A DNA stretch of 44,977 nucleotides from Catajapyx aquilonaris (taxonomy: Eukaryota): positions 1 to 44,977 of the forward strand of contig JYFJ02003214.1 in assembly GCA_000934665.2 (NCBI GenBank), given 5' to 3'. This document shows positions 1 to 10,930 of this stretch, piece by piece (position 1 is the stretch's first letter; each line of letters opens with the position of its first letter). The position numbers were made by a program, and so were the translations under genes. The notes under the pieces are model-generated. The model was not told the DNA's origin, did not search any database, and worked only from the letters and a program-made list of their open reading frames with translations.

Positions 1-381
1 GAATAAATTGCTCGGCGCCAAGTAGCGGCTAGCTCGTCATGACGAGGTCAGAAAAAGAGACTTGACCTCGCGGAATGACTTGCTCGGCGCCAAGTAGTGG
101 CTAGCTCGTCATGACGAGGTCAGAAAAAGAGACTTGAGATCGCGGAATGACTTGCTCGTCGCCAAGTAGCGGCTAGCTCGTCATGACGAGGTCAGAAATA
201 GAGACTTGACCTCGCGGAATGACTTGCTCGTCGCCAAGTAGCGGCTAGCTCGTCATGACGAGGTCAGGAGAATATTTTGACAGCCGCGAGGTCCCGCGAC
301 GTGGCGGCTATCCTGAGGCGAGCTCGCCAGCTTCTGGCGACCTAGCGGCAAGCTCGCGGCTAGGTTAAATTTCGGTAAGGG
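1..381. mobile_element. Probable right arm of a non-autonomous DNA transposon carrying the 72-bp array, terminus ..aatttcggtaaGGG
   Basis: GC-rich degenerate repeats end abruptly at taaggg, a CCC-type terminus on the opposite strand. The left end lies outside the window, so TIR and TSD cannot be confirmed. Confidence 0.4.
9..267. repeat. 72-bp minisatellite, ~3.6 copies, each with a perfect 14-bp palindrome CTCGTCATGACGAG
   Basis: Unit starts (tgctcg) at 9, 81, 153 and 225, with few substitutions. Confidence 0.95.
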
Positions 382-834
382 GTCTTTCTTAACGCATGTT
401 CGGATTACTTATAGAGAGCTTGAATCACTCGTCGTGGTAATTGCTCTCATTCTAGAATGTTAATTTTTGTGTGCTAACGAGTCACGACTTGCGCTTACTA
501 AACCGCAACATTTTGCATGGTTTGGTCGACGCAACGCGGGTGCGCAAATATTTGCGTTAACTGCCGAAATAAACAATAAAATTAAAATAGCGACATATCA
601 ATATAGGCTCGTCAAATAAATGTACAACAGTGTGTGAATAATAACAAAATAATTACAAAGCTAATAAAATTAGCGTGAAATAACAAAGCATAACTAAAAG
701 CGCGTAAAATAATAAACAGCATAATTATGAAAGAAGTAAACAAATATGTGATAAAATAAACAGCGAAATTAAATGTAATATAACGCAATCATCACTGGCT
801 AAGTCTGAAACGATTAACAATATGGCCTCCACCG

Positions 835-881
835 CCGACCGCAGGCCTAGAAAATAGCGAGCGAAGCGAGGGTTTTTCTAG
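835..881 (+). mobile_element. Helitron-like 3' terminus (hairpin ending CTAG|T)
   Basis: ctagaaaa-tagcgagcgaagcgagggt-ttttctag|t. A second copy lies in reverse at 9603-9655. Confidence 0.6.
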
Positions 882-2049
882 TACTGTATATAATGTAATT
901 CGCTAATTATAACAAACGCGATAAACAACACGTGACAACTACAATTTGACCTACGATTGATGGGTAAGTATTTCGGGCCTTTTCGGTTCGTCCGACTAGT
1001 CCAAAAATGGGGCAAAATGTAACCCTGCAGGACATGAATGGACTTGGGTGTAATCTTGAAATCTGTAGTAACAGGCTCCTCGGAATAGTCCAGCTGCGTA
1101 ATCCCAGGTGCAATCTGGCACAAATATCTTGTAATTGGAGTCAGACCTTATCTTAGGGATTCTCTCCGGGTAAGTAGGGGAAAAAGTCGGCTTTCTCCAG
1201 CTGCATTATGGCCTTCCCAAGAAGGGTGGTGGTGGGCCTGCCCCAACTGGTTAAAAAAAAACTCATTCCCAAACTTTTTTAATCCCGGCAAAAGTTGGAA
1301 TCATTCTGGTCGTAATGAGGTGATAAGAAGGGAGGGGACCTCGGAGATAAAAAATATATATAGAGGAAAGGAACGAATGGTGTGAAAAGAATATGGCCAG
1401 CGGGAATATGGGCCTGGTCTACAGAAAGGGATTTTTTTGTCTGTGTTTGTAAAGTGGCCGAGGGTGGGATAGAGGGGGAGGAGGGGGAAGGGGCTGGATT
1501 TCGCGATAAAGAAGACTGAAAGCACTTGGCTTGCATGGCCTCATTTCATAAAACCCAGCCCCCGTATTTACACTCCTGCTAATCGCCCTACTGTACTTGG
1601 GAGACCCCTTTTTTAATTGGGAACACTTTTTCTCCTTTCATTTATAGCTAGCTGCTTCTGCCAAATTAGTACGGTAGGCTTTGCAAGTAAGTATAGGCCT
1701 TTTTCAAACAGAATCAAGATGCACGGCAGTGCATCCGCCAAGTCTCAGCCACTTCCACCGCCACTGACCCGCACTATAGCCCCTTCTCTCATTTACTCTT
1801 ACGTCTCGCGCTGCCGTGTATCTTTACTGGAGCCAACTCGTACTCTACACTTCGGCATTTTCTAGTTCGGCACAGGAAAATGCTGCAAGTCTGAAATTTT
1901 AATACGACGATGGGGCACACCCGGGGACCATAAAAATAAATTGTCGTGAAATTTGGACCACTAGGTCCACAACAGGAGCGGGACCAAATTGGCGTTTTTT
2001 CTCCCCATTCATATATATATATATAGGGGTGGCGATAATCAAAAAGATT

Positions 2050-3097
2050 GGCCAGTTCCAGTTATCGTACAGATCCCAAATTTTTGTACAAAAATTGGCC
2101 CTCCTCTGAAACCCCCAGGAAAAGTCCAAAACCGGAAGTCGGCCATCTCGGGTCCAAACTGCCGCCATTCAAACACGAAAAAAATTCAGATTTCATCCAG
2201 AAACAATGAACAGACAATGAGCAATGAAAGACCGAAATGTTCGGGTACTCCCAGCTATGCTGGAAGCACCAAATTAGGCGCAAAAAATAGGCCCTGCTTT
2301 CAAACCTCCGGGAAAAGTCCAACATTGCAAGTAGGTCAACCCGGTTCAGGATGGTGGCCATTATAACAAGAAAAATATTCAGATTTCAACCAACAACAAT
2401 GACAACAATGTGAAGTGTTGCATAGCAATGTACTAGACTCTTTGACTAGCAGAACTGTAGCCTATATTATAGAGCAGTAGTAGTTATCCTGTGCTCCTCA
2501 TTTCCCTGTCCTCCTATACGCCTTCGGCAGGGATTACAACAGTGACTGCCACAAAAGAGGTAGCCATTTTGCCATAGAGTAATTCCACGCCGGAAGGTAC
2601 CGGAAGAGTCATTATCCAAAAATGAAGTAACGCATTGTGAGGTGGCTATGACTTATTGCAGAGGTTCCCAAACTGTGATCCACGAACCTTCTCCAAGTGC
2701 TCGGCGAAGAGGTAGAGGGATAAAATAATTCTTCAATAATTAGTTAATGACTTAATTTAGTCTCTCACTTCAAGGAAAGGCAGCAAATGGTTTTGATGTC
2801 ATGCAGTGATAAAGTACGAGGTGTGATCGAAAAGTTCTCGGATTTTCGATATACTCGTCCCGAGGAGTTGGGTTTTGAGGGGGTTCCTGAGAATACACCT
2901 TTTTTCGCCCCTCCCCCGTCCGCCCGGATCCCGGATTTGTGGTGGGTTGGGGGCTGGTATTGACCAGTTCCAATTATCATACAGATCCCAAATTGTACAA
3001 AAATTGGTCCTCGTCTGAAACCCTCAGGAAAAGTCTAAAGCTGTAAATCACCCATCTTGGGTCCAGACTGCAGCCATTCAAACACGAAAATAATTCA
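2050..3097 (+). repeat. Diverged ~140-bp direct repeats (2050-2190, ~2281-2400, 2962-3097), probably internal to an old non-autonomous element
   Basis: Shared string acagatcccaaat..tgtacaaaaattgg.cctc.tctgaaaccc.caggaaaagtc.aaa..gggtcca.actgc.gccattcaaacacgaaaa.aattca. Confidence 0.8.
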
Positions 3098-3353
3098 AAA
3101 AAAGGAACAATACATGATATATGGTCTCCATAGTACCAATGTATTGACATTGTTGCAAAGAGAATTCTAGAGGCTAGACGTGTCTTTCTCTCACTCTCTG
3201 TTCCAAATCAAACTCTTGGCTTGGTTAACGGTGCAGTTGGGTCTGTACACAGTGTTCCATACCACCCCGATTAGCCACAAAAAGTTAAATCCGTAAGAAT
3301 TAAATTTTCAATCGGTCAAGAGTTAATACCGGTTAATACCGATCAAGAGCAAA

Positions 3354-3772
3354 ATTATGACAAACGCATTCATCCATAGGAAACAATATTACCCTTAACA
3401 ACAGCTGACGGCATCACGATTCGTAAGAGCCAGCGCAGGGTTTGAGCATTGAGCTTATAGACAGTGTATATTATGGACTTTGGGTCGTCACTATACTTTT
3501 CTGTTGTGGTCAAGCGTGTGTGGCCTTGTCTCGAGTCAAAAAATTGGATGGAATTTATCAAATCAACTTTGATCGCACTCAAGTTAAAGCTAGCGATAAA
3601 GCCATAACGGAATATAACAGACGAAGACTTAAATTCAGGCCGGACCTTTGCAGTTTCCAATTCACTCATTCTAACTGTAAGAGGCATCCAAAGTTCCCTG
3701 ACCGAGTCAGGGCTACATCCAAATATGTACATCAGGTTCAAGAGGATAACCAAACATATCTCCAATGTCAAG
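3354..3772 (+). pseudogene. Decayed C-terminal part of a PIF1-family helicase of Helitron/Helentron RepHel type
   Basis: Stitching frames gives IMTNAFIHRKQ/LPLTTADGITIRKSQ/GLS..DSV/IMDFGSS/FCCGQACVALSRVKKLDGIYQINFDRTQVKASDKAITEYNRRR. This matches PIF1 motifs V (QFPLxxAyAiTIHKSQGxSL) and VI (F..GQxYVALSRV). Several frameshifts arise from small duplications. The fragment ends at the single N (3773). Confidence 0.85.
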
Positions 3773-3934
3773 NGGGGGGGGGTTGTTTCGTCGTGGACAA
3801 TACTCAAGGTGAATGCAGCGCCAATAGATTCTAGGGACAAGGAGATTGGTCATACTCCGAGGCAGCTAATTTTTACTTTCTTCGTGTCATTCATTCATTC
3901 AACCTTGATTCAACTTAACAAAAAGTGGTGAGAT

Positions 3935-4684
3935 CCCCTCAAAAGCGCACTCGTAAAAAACGCGCCAAGTCTTCCGCCGAAAAAACCTGTGAGATGGTGT
4001 CTGGGTGCCAAGCCTTGTCCACTTCGCCGTACAAAGTCGTGAGATCGTGGTGGACGCCAAGCCTTTCTTCGAGGCTATAAGCTAAGTGAGATGACTTGGC
4101 CGGACTTGGTTCACGTGCACGAGGAACAATGCGATGCGTGGTTTAATACAATAGAAAGTAAACTTTTAACACTCATTGGTAGAGCCATTACCCAAAAATG
4201 CGCAAAAATGTGACATTCGAATGGAATATTTACTTTTAACTGTCAGTGGTGGAGCAGTAACGTAACAACTCCACCTTCAAATAATTACAAATACAGTTTC
4301 TTGATTCATTACAATAATTATAAATATACTTGGACCTCTGATTCGTATCACAGGACTACAAAATGTCATCTTCGAATCGCACATGATTAGAACCACACAT
4401 GATTACAATCGCGGTTTATTAGACTTGAAAATTGAGTCGTACAGCTAAAATTGGGTAACTTGACCAAATTCCAGCGAACTGAACGCGTATTGTTCCTCGT
4501 GCCCGTGAACCAAGTCCGGCCAAGTCATCTCACTTAGCTTATAGCCTCGAAGAAAGGCTTGGCGTCCACCACGATCTCACGACTTTGTACGGCGGAGTGG
4601 ACAAGGCTTGGCACCCAGACACCATCTCACAGGTTTTTTCGGCGGAAGACTTGGCGCGTTTTTTACGAGTGCGTTTTTGAGGGG
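3935..4684. mobile_element. Young foldback MITE with ~200-bp TIRs, CCCC..GGGG termini, flanked by AT (CMC/EnSpm-like, tentative)
   Basis: 3935-4130 is the near-perfect reverse complement of ~4488-4684. AT lies on both sides (3933-34, 4685-86). The core is non-coding. Confidence 0.88.
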
Positions 4685-4989
4685 ATATAATATGCAGCCT
4701 AAAAATAAGCAAAAATTATTCGATAATATTGGAATAATGTGGATAAAATTGTATAACACTACAGATGAATTTCTAATGAATGCAAACGAGTGTGCACCGC
4801 AGTTGTCGCAGCGTGCACGGTTGTAATTACCAATGGGAGCTGGTACGCTCTGTATATATAATGAGTGTACACTTTTATTTCCAACGCTACGCTTGGCGGG
4901 AAACAAAATGGCGCTTGCGACGTTGCCAAAGCCCTGGAACAAGTCTTAGGAGCTATGGGGGCGAATAAATAAATTTGAAATAAAAATCA

Positions 4990-5171
4990 TAACAACTAAC
5001 TGTAGTAAATACAATAAATGTAACAACTAATATACTGTAGTAAATACAATAAATGTAACAACTAATATACTGTAGTAAATACAATAAATGTAACAACTAA
5101 TATACTGTAGTAAATACAATAAATGTAACAACTAATATACTGTAGTAAATACAATAAATATAACAACTAAA
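4990..5171. repeat. 35-bp minisatellite, ~5 copies (tgtagtaaatacaataaatgtaacaactaatatac)
   Basis: Unit starts at 5001, 5036, 5071, 5106 and 5141. Confidence 0.95.
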
Positions 5172-5173
5172 TA

Positions 5174-5256
5174 GAGTAAAACCTAGACATAACGCTCCCG
5201 CATATAACGCTACTTTTGGGCAGTCCCTTGACTAGCGTTACATCGAGGTTTTACTG
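5174..5256. mobile_element. 83-bp pogo/Tc1-mariner-type MITE
   Basis: TA-gagtaaaacctagacataacg ... cgttacatcgaggttttactg, close to the CAGTAAAACCTCGATATAACG TIR type. Confidence 0.75.
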
Positions 5257-6590
5257 TGTAAGAAATATAAGTGAAATAAAGTATAAACCAAATTAAATGT
5301 GGCCCTTGGTGAGTAGACTCTCTGATAATGTTGTCAGAACAATGGACCTGCGCGAATGAGGGTGTACTATTGCGATTGGTAAAATTCGTCTTTTTAATAG
5401 AAATAAGTATGCCTGGTATTTGTTCATGCGGCATAGAGTGAGTAGTAGATTTGATAATGCACGATTTTTTTTAAAAAAATGGGCCGATAATATTTTGATA
5501 TCTCCAAACATGCTACTCATATTCAGCGGAGAGGAGAATATTGCAGGCTGATAACCAAAAAAGAAAGTGTCGGAAAGAGTCCCATCCACATTTTTCCTTC
5601 CTCGAAAATTCAATTACGTTCGACTATGATGGGCGCCTATCGGGCGAGGTTCCTTCCCCCCCCCCCCTCTCTCTCCTGCTAGTATTGCTGCGGCCTTTCT
5701 CCACATCTCCTTTCCAACATTTCCACAATGTGATCCTGCAGCCTCCAAATGAAGGTGGAACCAACCCCCTCCCCGTTCCTATTCTGAAAAGCAGGTGCAT
5801 TTATTCCACCAGCAGTAGGAGAGAGGGAGAGAGAGAATCCGCCTCTTCCAATTCCACCCCAGTTTTTCCTCCCCCGAAACTATTTCAATTCCTTCTGACC
5901 CCAAGCCCAAAAGTGCACTATATGGGGCTGCACCCAGCTATTGCGCTATTATTCTCCCTCCAGCAGCCAAATCGATCCAATCGCAATCGGTTAGCGTTAC
6001 TTGCTCTCTGCTCCTTTCCACTTTCAACGTACTACCTTACACACCAGCTCCCACCATCATATTTTTTTATCGCGCCACACCCCGAAGGGATTTTAAAATA
6101 TTATATTCTTCTAACAATATTTGGGTTACAGTTTTCAACCCGCTACCTTTATTATTGTAGCCACTGTTGTTGTAACAGGTGCACCAGTCGAATAGAATTA
6201 TTATTATAATAATTAAAAGATGGAAAAGATGCGCAGCCTGCAGTAATGTAAATATTACCAGATGGCCCTAGTCCCGTTGCACAGGCGCCGTTTGGATGAT
6301 TAAATGGCCAAATGATTCCGATGTCCACTTGCACAATTGGACAGGTGACTTGGCATATACAGAGCTGTGTACAAATATTTGGGCCGTCCTTCGCGGGTCG
6401 TTTTTGATGGTCATCGAAGCGAAACTTGGCCAGACTTGGCCTCCCTGCACCGCATCCCAGCTGCCACACAAGGGGGTGGTCCATGCAGCCGCAGCTTTTT
6501 GTCCACAATCTCCTTTGATGGCACATACTCGTGCTGCGGGATAATTGGTTCCGGTCCTGTGCATGGCTACCTCCGGAAAACTCTCCTACA

Positions 6591-6594
<4 letters not shown>

Positions 6595-6650
<56 letters not shown>
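6595..6650. repeat. (TC)n microsatellite; a shorter (AG)n lies at 8108-8127
   Basis: Read directly from the sequence. Confidence 0.97.
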
Positions 6651-6652
<2 letters not shown>

Positions 6653-6948
6653 CTGAAAGTTAGCCTGCAAAATTGGTGCAGTTGACTCAAAACTTGCTCG
6701 TAAATGAACAAGCGGAATCTGACCAACTTGCCGTCAGTGTCTTCCGTGCAATTTAAAAAGTGGACTAGAAAACCCCCTCGCTTCTCTTTTTTTCTAGTCC
6801 CGCGGCTTGCGGTCGTGGAGGCCATATTGCTAGTCGTGATACACGGAAGGCTCATCAGAAGGCTTGCGGAAACATGCCCGGTACGATTTTATTATTAAGA
6901 TAGTACCACCGAAGACTGAATATAGTGTGTTACGGAACATACTGTAGG

Positions 6949-7411
6949 CAGGAGGACATAAGAGACGCAAACATTCGATTCGCGCGTCTCTCTGTTTGGG
7001 GCCTTTGCCAAGGCTGGCGGCCATTTTGAAGCGGGGGCAACGCCAACGAGGTATAAATAGAGTACAGGCAGCCCGTAAAGGTTTTGGCGGCCATGACACT
7101 TCACGGCAAGAACACGCGCGAATTCGAATATTTTTGCCGTACTTACGGAATTAATACGTAGAAAAGTGCAAGGAGCTCGTACGGCAAAAACATTCTAATT
7201 CGCGCGCCTTCTTGCCGTTAGGTGCCATGGCCGCCAAAACCATCAAAGATGGCGGACCTTTATACGGCCTGCCTGTACTCTATTGATACCTCGTTGGCGT
7301 TGCCCCCGCTTCAAAATGGCCGCCAGCCTTGGCAACGGCCCCAAACAGAGAGACGCGGACGTCAAAGAGGCCGACCGAAGTTTGCGCCTCTTATGCAATA
7401 TATGCTCCCTG
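6949..7411. mobile_element. Foldback MITE family M2 (P/Galileo-like), symmetric long-TIR copy, 7-bp TSD ctgtagg
   Basis: CAGG..CCCTG termini, arms of ~190 bp or more, TSD at 6942-6948 and 7412-7418. Confidence 0.85.
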
Positions 7412-8499
7412 CTGTAGGGCAGCGTGAATTTTGGTGCGATGGAAATGTTTTTGATGGACTGTCGCGACTGATGGAAATGAGCAGCTGGACACACACCATT
7501 CCGCATCCATGATACCGGGTATTGATACATTGCATTGATTTTTTTTTTCCTCTCACGTCTCGCTCGCGTTGGTCTGCCACCCAATGCATACAATGAAAAC
7601 TGAACCCTGTCCTGCTCAGATGCTGTCAAAAAATTCGGACGTATCGCGCATCTTTGCAGTTGCGCGATTTTATCACACATTTCTGCATATGTAGGCCAGG
7701 AATGAATTATTCGGACATGAAAAGTGTGTCGTCGGCATATGATGAAAACCAGTCCATTTAAATCAATTTGAGCCGGTTTCATACGCTCTTCCGGGTGTAC
7801 CATGTTTGCGAGTGAAATATTACTTGCTCGTAAATAATGAATGAAATCAGCCGTCTCGTCACATACACCAATGCCCAATGAGCACATCTGGCTGCTGGTC
7901 CCTATTTTCAATCCTCGGTGCCAAAAATGGGGGTTCCAACATATAGACATTATAGGTGTGTAATACTGGGCTCATTTACACGGCACCAAACTGGACTAGG
8001 TTCTAGCCCAGAAAACGCTCGACTGAAGCATCATCACGAAGGGAGTGGCGCTCAAATTACACCGCCATTAAATGGTGAAAAAGAGAGCTCTCCTGCTTTG
8101 CATTTTAGAGAGAGAGAGAGAGAGAGAAAAAAGCGCATCGAGAGCGGCTATTTCAAGCTTCGGACATGATAATAAAAGGCTCGATTGAACCCCCATAAGC
8201 GAGAATATTCCAAGCAGGAAACATCAATGCGCATCCCACCCTCTCTATTTTGCATATCGGCCGCTTTTTTGTGATGCTGAGACAATGGCGTCAAATGAAG
8301 GGATCGAGGGGCCAATAGTCGCTGACTATATGGAGATCCAGGTCTATATGATTTGCAGGGAATTGGTTCTAAAGCGCTTTATAATTATCCGAGTGTCCGC
8401 CTTTTCCAATTTTGACTCAACTGTCCACGTAGTACCATTACGCCTCATATAGATGGCGCGCTACTCCCACTCCGAGGGTAGTTCGAGAGGTCGTGGTAC

Positions 8500-8866
8500 T
8501 ATGAATATTTTAACGAACGCAACCGAGTGCGCACCCACATTCGCGCAGCTTCATTGTTCCGACAACAACGTTGCCAAAGTTACCCCCAGGACAGGTGCCA
8601 AATATTTTTATCGATAATTTGATTATTTAATTTTAGTCGATAGTGTTTCATACCCGTAGCCTTTCAGGTTTGTTCCAGAGCATTGGCAGCGTCGCAAACG
8701 TCGGCCATTTTGTTCACCCCAAAACGTAGCGTTGGAAATATAAGTGCGGAGCTTACTTACCAGGACACTCATTATACAGCGAGATTACCAGCTATCGTTG
8801 ATCATGCCAATTGCCAATCGTGCACGTTGCGCGAGCATAGGTGCGCAGTAGGTTGCGCACGTAACA
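8500..8866 (-). mobile_element. MITE family M1 copy
   Basis: cgcaaccgagtgcgcacc at the left end and gtgcgcagtaggttgcgcacg at the right end. Internal gtcggccattttgttc..cgtagcgttggaaat. Confidence 0.75.
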
Positions 8867-9602
8867 AGAGTGAACCAAAACTTGGCATAACTGTCGGAGT
8901 TGTACCATTTCTCTCACGTAGATGGCGCATTCTCCTCTGCACACTACTGGTACTCGGGGTAGTGGTGCTACATGCACCCAGGACAAACAGAGGCACAGAC
9001 TGAAGCCAATTCTATAACAGTTTGGCAGCGTCATCGTGTCCCGGAGCAAAGCCAATGGAATTTGGCCCAATCCCCCGCCTTTGTCTTGCTTTGCTGCCAA
9101 TGTTTCCGGCCAATTAGACCTAGGCCTATCCGCCCAATTTGCACACGTGGCAGGAGAGGATCAGAGTCTGTATTTGCTCTAGGCCTGAGACACATTCATC
9201 AGTGCTGGTGCATAGCCATGGGAGGCCTAAACTTTGAGGCCTAATCTGCCAGCGCCCGGATTAAAACCATTTGACAATCCTCCTGGGTTTGGCTCATTGC
9301 CCCTTCACTTTCTTCAAGCGTCATTAAGCAAATCGACTTCAACCCGACTTAGGCCCCTGTGACTTCAACCAGGTGTAAGAGTGTGGTACATTTCGCCTGC
9401 GAGTTTTCTCCACAAGCTCGACTCCCAAACGCCTTAGGTTGGGAATGATTCGCATGCATTATTTAAACCCCCATCCACACCGCCGGAGAACTGAATCGCA
9501 ATCGAAAAATTGCATGACTTTTCGAGCAGGCAGGATTCATAATTCATATTTTTTTTTGCAAAAAAACGAGCCATCTATTTTCAAACAGATTTTTAAATTA
9601 AA

Positions 9603-9655
9603 CTTAGAAATACCCTCCCTTCGCTCGCATTTTTCTAGGCCTGCGGCCTGCGGTG
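9603..9655 (-). mobile_element. Second copy of the Helitron-like 3' terminus
   Basis: Reverse complement reads gcaggcctagaaaaatgcgagcgaagggagggtatttctaag, matching 841-881. Confidence 0.55.
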
Positions 9656-10236
9656 GCACTGTCAAAGGACGTTAGGAACTGTTTACTCGTATTGTTGTGT
9701 GAGGGAGCCAATAGGAAGTTACGTGGTAACAATATGCGGCAGACCAATAAGAGGCCTCGGTCGAGCAACCAAGTAGTTTAATATTACAGATTGATCGTAT
9801 TGTTTGTGGAAATTTCGAAGGGGAAAAATATTTTGGTAAGCAAGCTGCATAATCACCATGAGAGGACATGAAAGCCAGTGACGCTCTTTTGTCGTCGTCA
9901 TCGTCGACGGGTTTTTTTTCTGCCCGTTGTCTGTACCCATGTCGATATCAGGCGTTTCGTTGCATCGAGATGAGCTTCCAAAAAAAAAAATTGGCTTTTT
10001 CATCATCAGGCTGTGACAACCGGAGCTTTTTGATTGGGTTTGTACCGCCAGACCGTCGCTGATCACAACAATGGTGCCAACCAAAACATGCCTCCGAGGC
10101 ATTGTCACCATCAGGCCAGTGCAGGTTCGGTGCATCGTTGACAAGGGAAGCGCACTAAAAATAGGCCATGTCACTCGTGTTCATAAACACAATCACATTT
10201 GCACATTCTGGCCTCCAAGTGTCATAATAGTAACTA

Positions 10237-10930
10237 GAGATGAAATTGTTTTTTTTGCGAGGGAGTGCGCACCACAGTTCGCGCAACGTGCACGGTTGGC
10301 ATTATCAATAGTGGATGTACTGCCCGGCACGTATTTCCAAAGCTACGCTTGGGGAGAACCAAAATGACCGACGCGTTCACGGAGACGACTTATAGTTAGA
10401 TGAAATTTTTATGAGCGCAACCGAGTGCGCAACACAGTTCGCGCAGCGTGCACGGTTGGGATTATCAATACACTCTAAGAAATGTCCGGGTTAAACGTAT
10501 TTATCCCGGAAAAAAGATCACTTTTGTCATGGTTATTTAACCCGGACATTTCTTAGAGTGTTTACACTCTAAGAAATGTCCGGGTTAAATAACCATGACT
10601 AAGAAATGTCTTAGTCATTTAGTCATTTCTTAGTCATGGTTATTTAACCCGGACATTTGTTAGAGTGTATATACACTCTAAGAAATGTCCGGGTTAAATA
10701 ACCATGACAAAAGTGATCTTTTTTCCGGGATAAATACATTTAACCCGGACATTTCTTAGAGTGGAGGCTGTATATAATGAGTGTAACTTATCTTGGGAGG
10801 GGAAGAACAAAATGGCCGATGTTTGCTACGTTGCCAAAATTCTGGGGAGTGACTCTGGCAACGTTGTTGTCAGAACAATGGAGCTGCGCCAGTGTAGCTG
10901 CGCACTCGGTTGCGCTCGTTAAAAAAACAT
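10237..10930 (+). mobile_element. MITE family M1: partial copy (10237-10375) plus full copy (~10395-10930) split by the CACT trimer
   Basis: TIRs ttttatgagcgcaaccgagtgcgca / tgcgcactcggttgcgctcgttaaaa. Confidence 0.8.
10471..10763. mobile_element. Trimer of a 90-bp CACT..AGTG MITE (CACTA/CMC-like): 10471-10560, 10565-10667, 10674-10763
   Basis: The 25-bp TIR cactctaagaaatgtccgggttaaa occurs six times. Copy 3 is the reverse complement of copy 1. Confidence 0.9.

Larger units (their letters stand above)
4762..5390 (+). mobile_element. MITE family M1 copy, interrupted by the 35-bp array and the pogo-type MITE
   Basis: Left arm gatgaattt..gagtgtgcaccgcagttgtcgcagcgtgcacggttg..atttccaacgctacgcttgg..aaaatggc. 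Right arm aatgttgtcagaacaatgga.ctgcgcga at ~5326-5356. Same motifs as the other M1 copies. Confidence 0.7.

Noticed and set aside
9..267. 72-bp palindromic repeats as a CRISPR array
   Set aside because: There are no unique spacers (whole units repeat), no cas genes, and the context is eukaryotic.
5833..5900. Match of agaatc..cttccaat to 30805 as a duplication anchor
   Set aside because: 30813-31075 aligns better and collinearly with 1190-1410, so this short match is probably chance.
5541..6670. Long ORFs 5541-6209 (+) and 6152-6670 (-) as genes
   Set aside because: Low-complexity or microsatellite-driven translations with no recognisable domain, overlapping blocks that diverge by indels from copy B.
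7243..7950. 235-aa minus ORF and the recurring LCLGPLPRLAAILK / MPWPPKPSKMAD peptides
   Set aside because: The peptides recur only because they are translations of M2 foldback arms; no transposase motifs are present.
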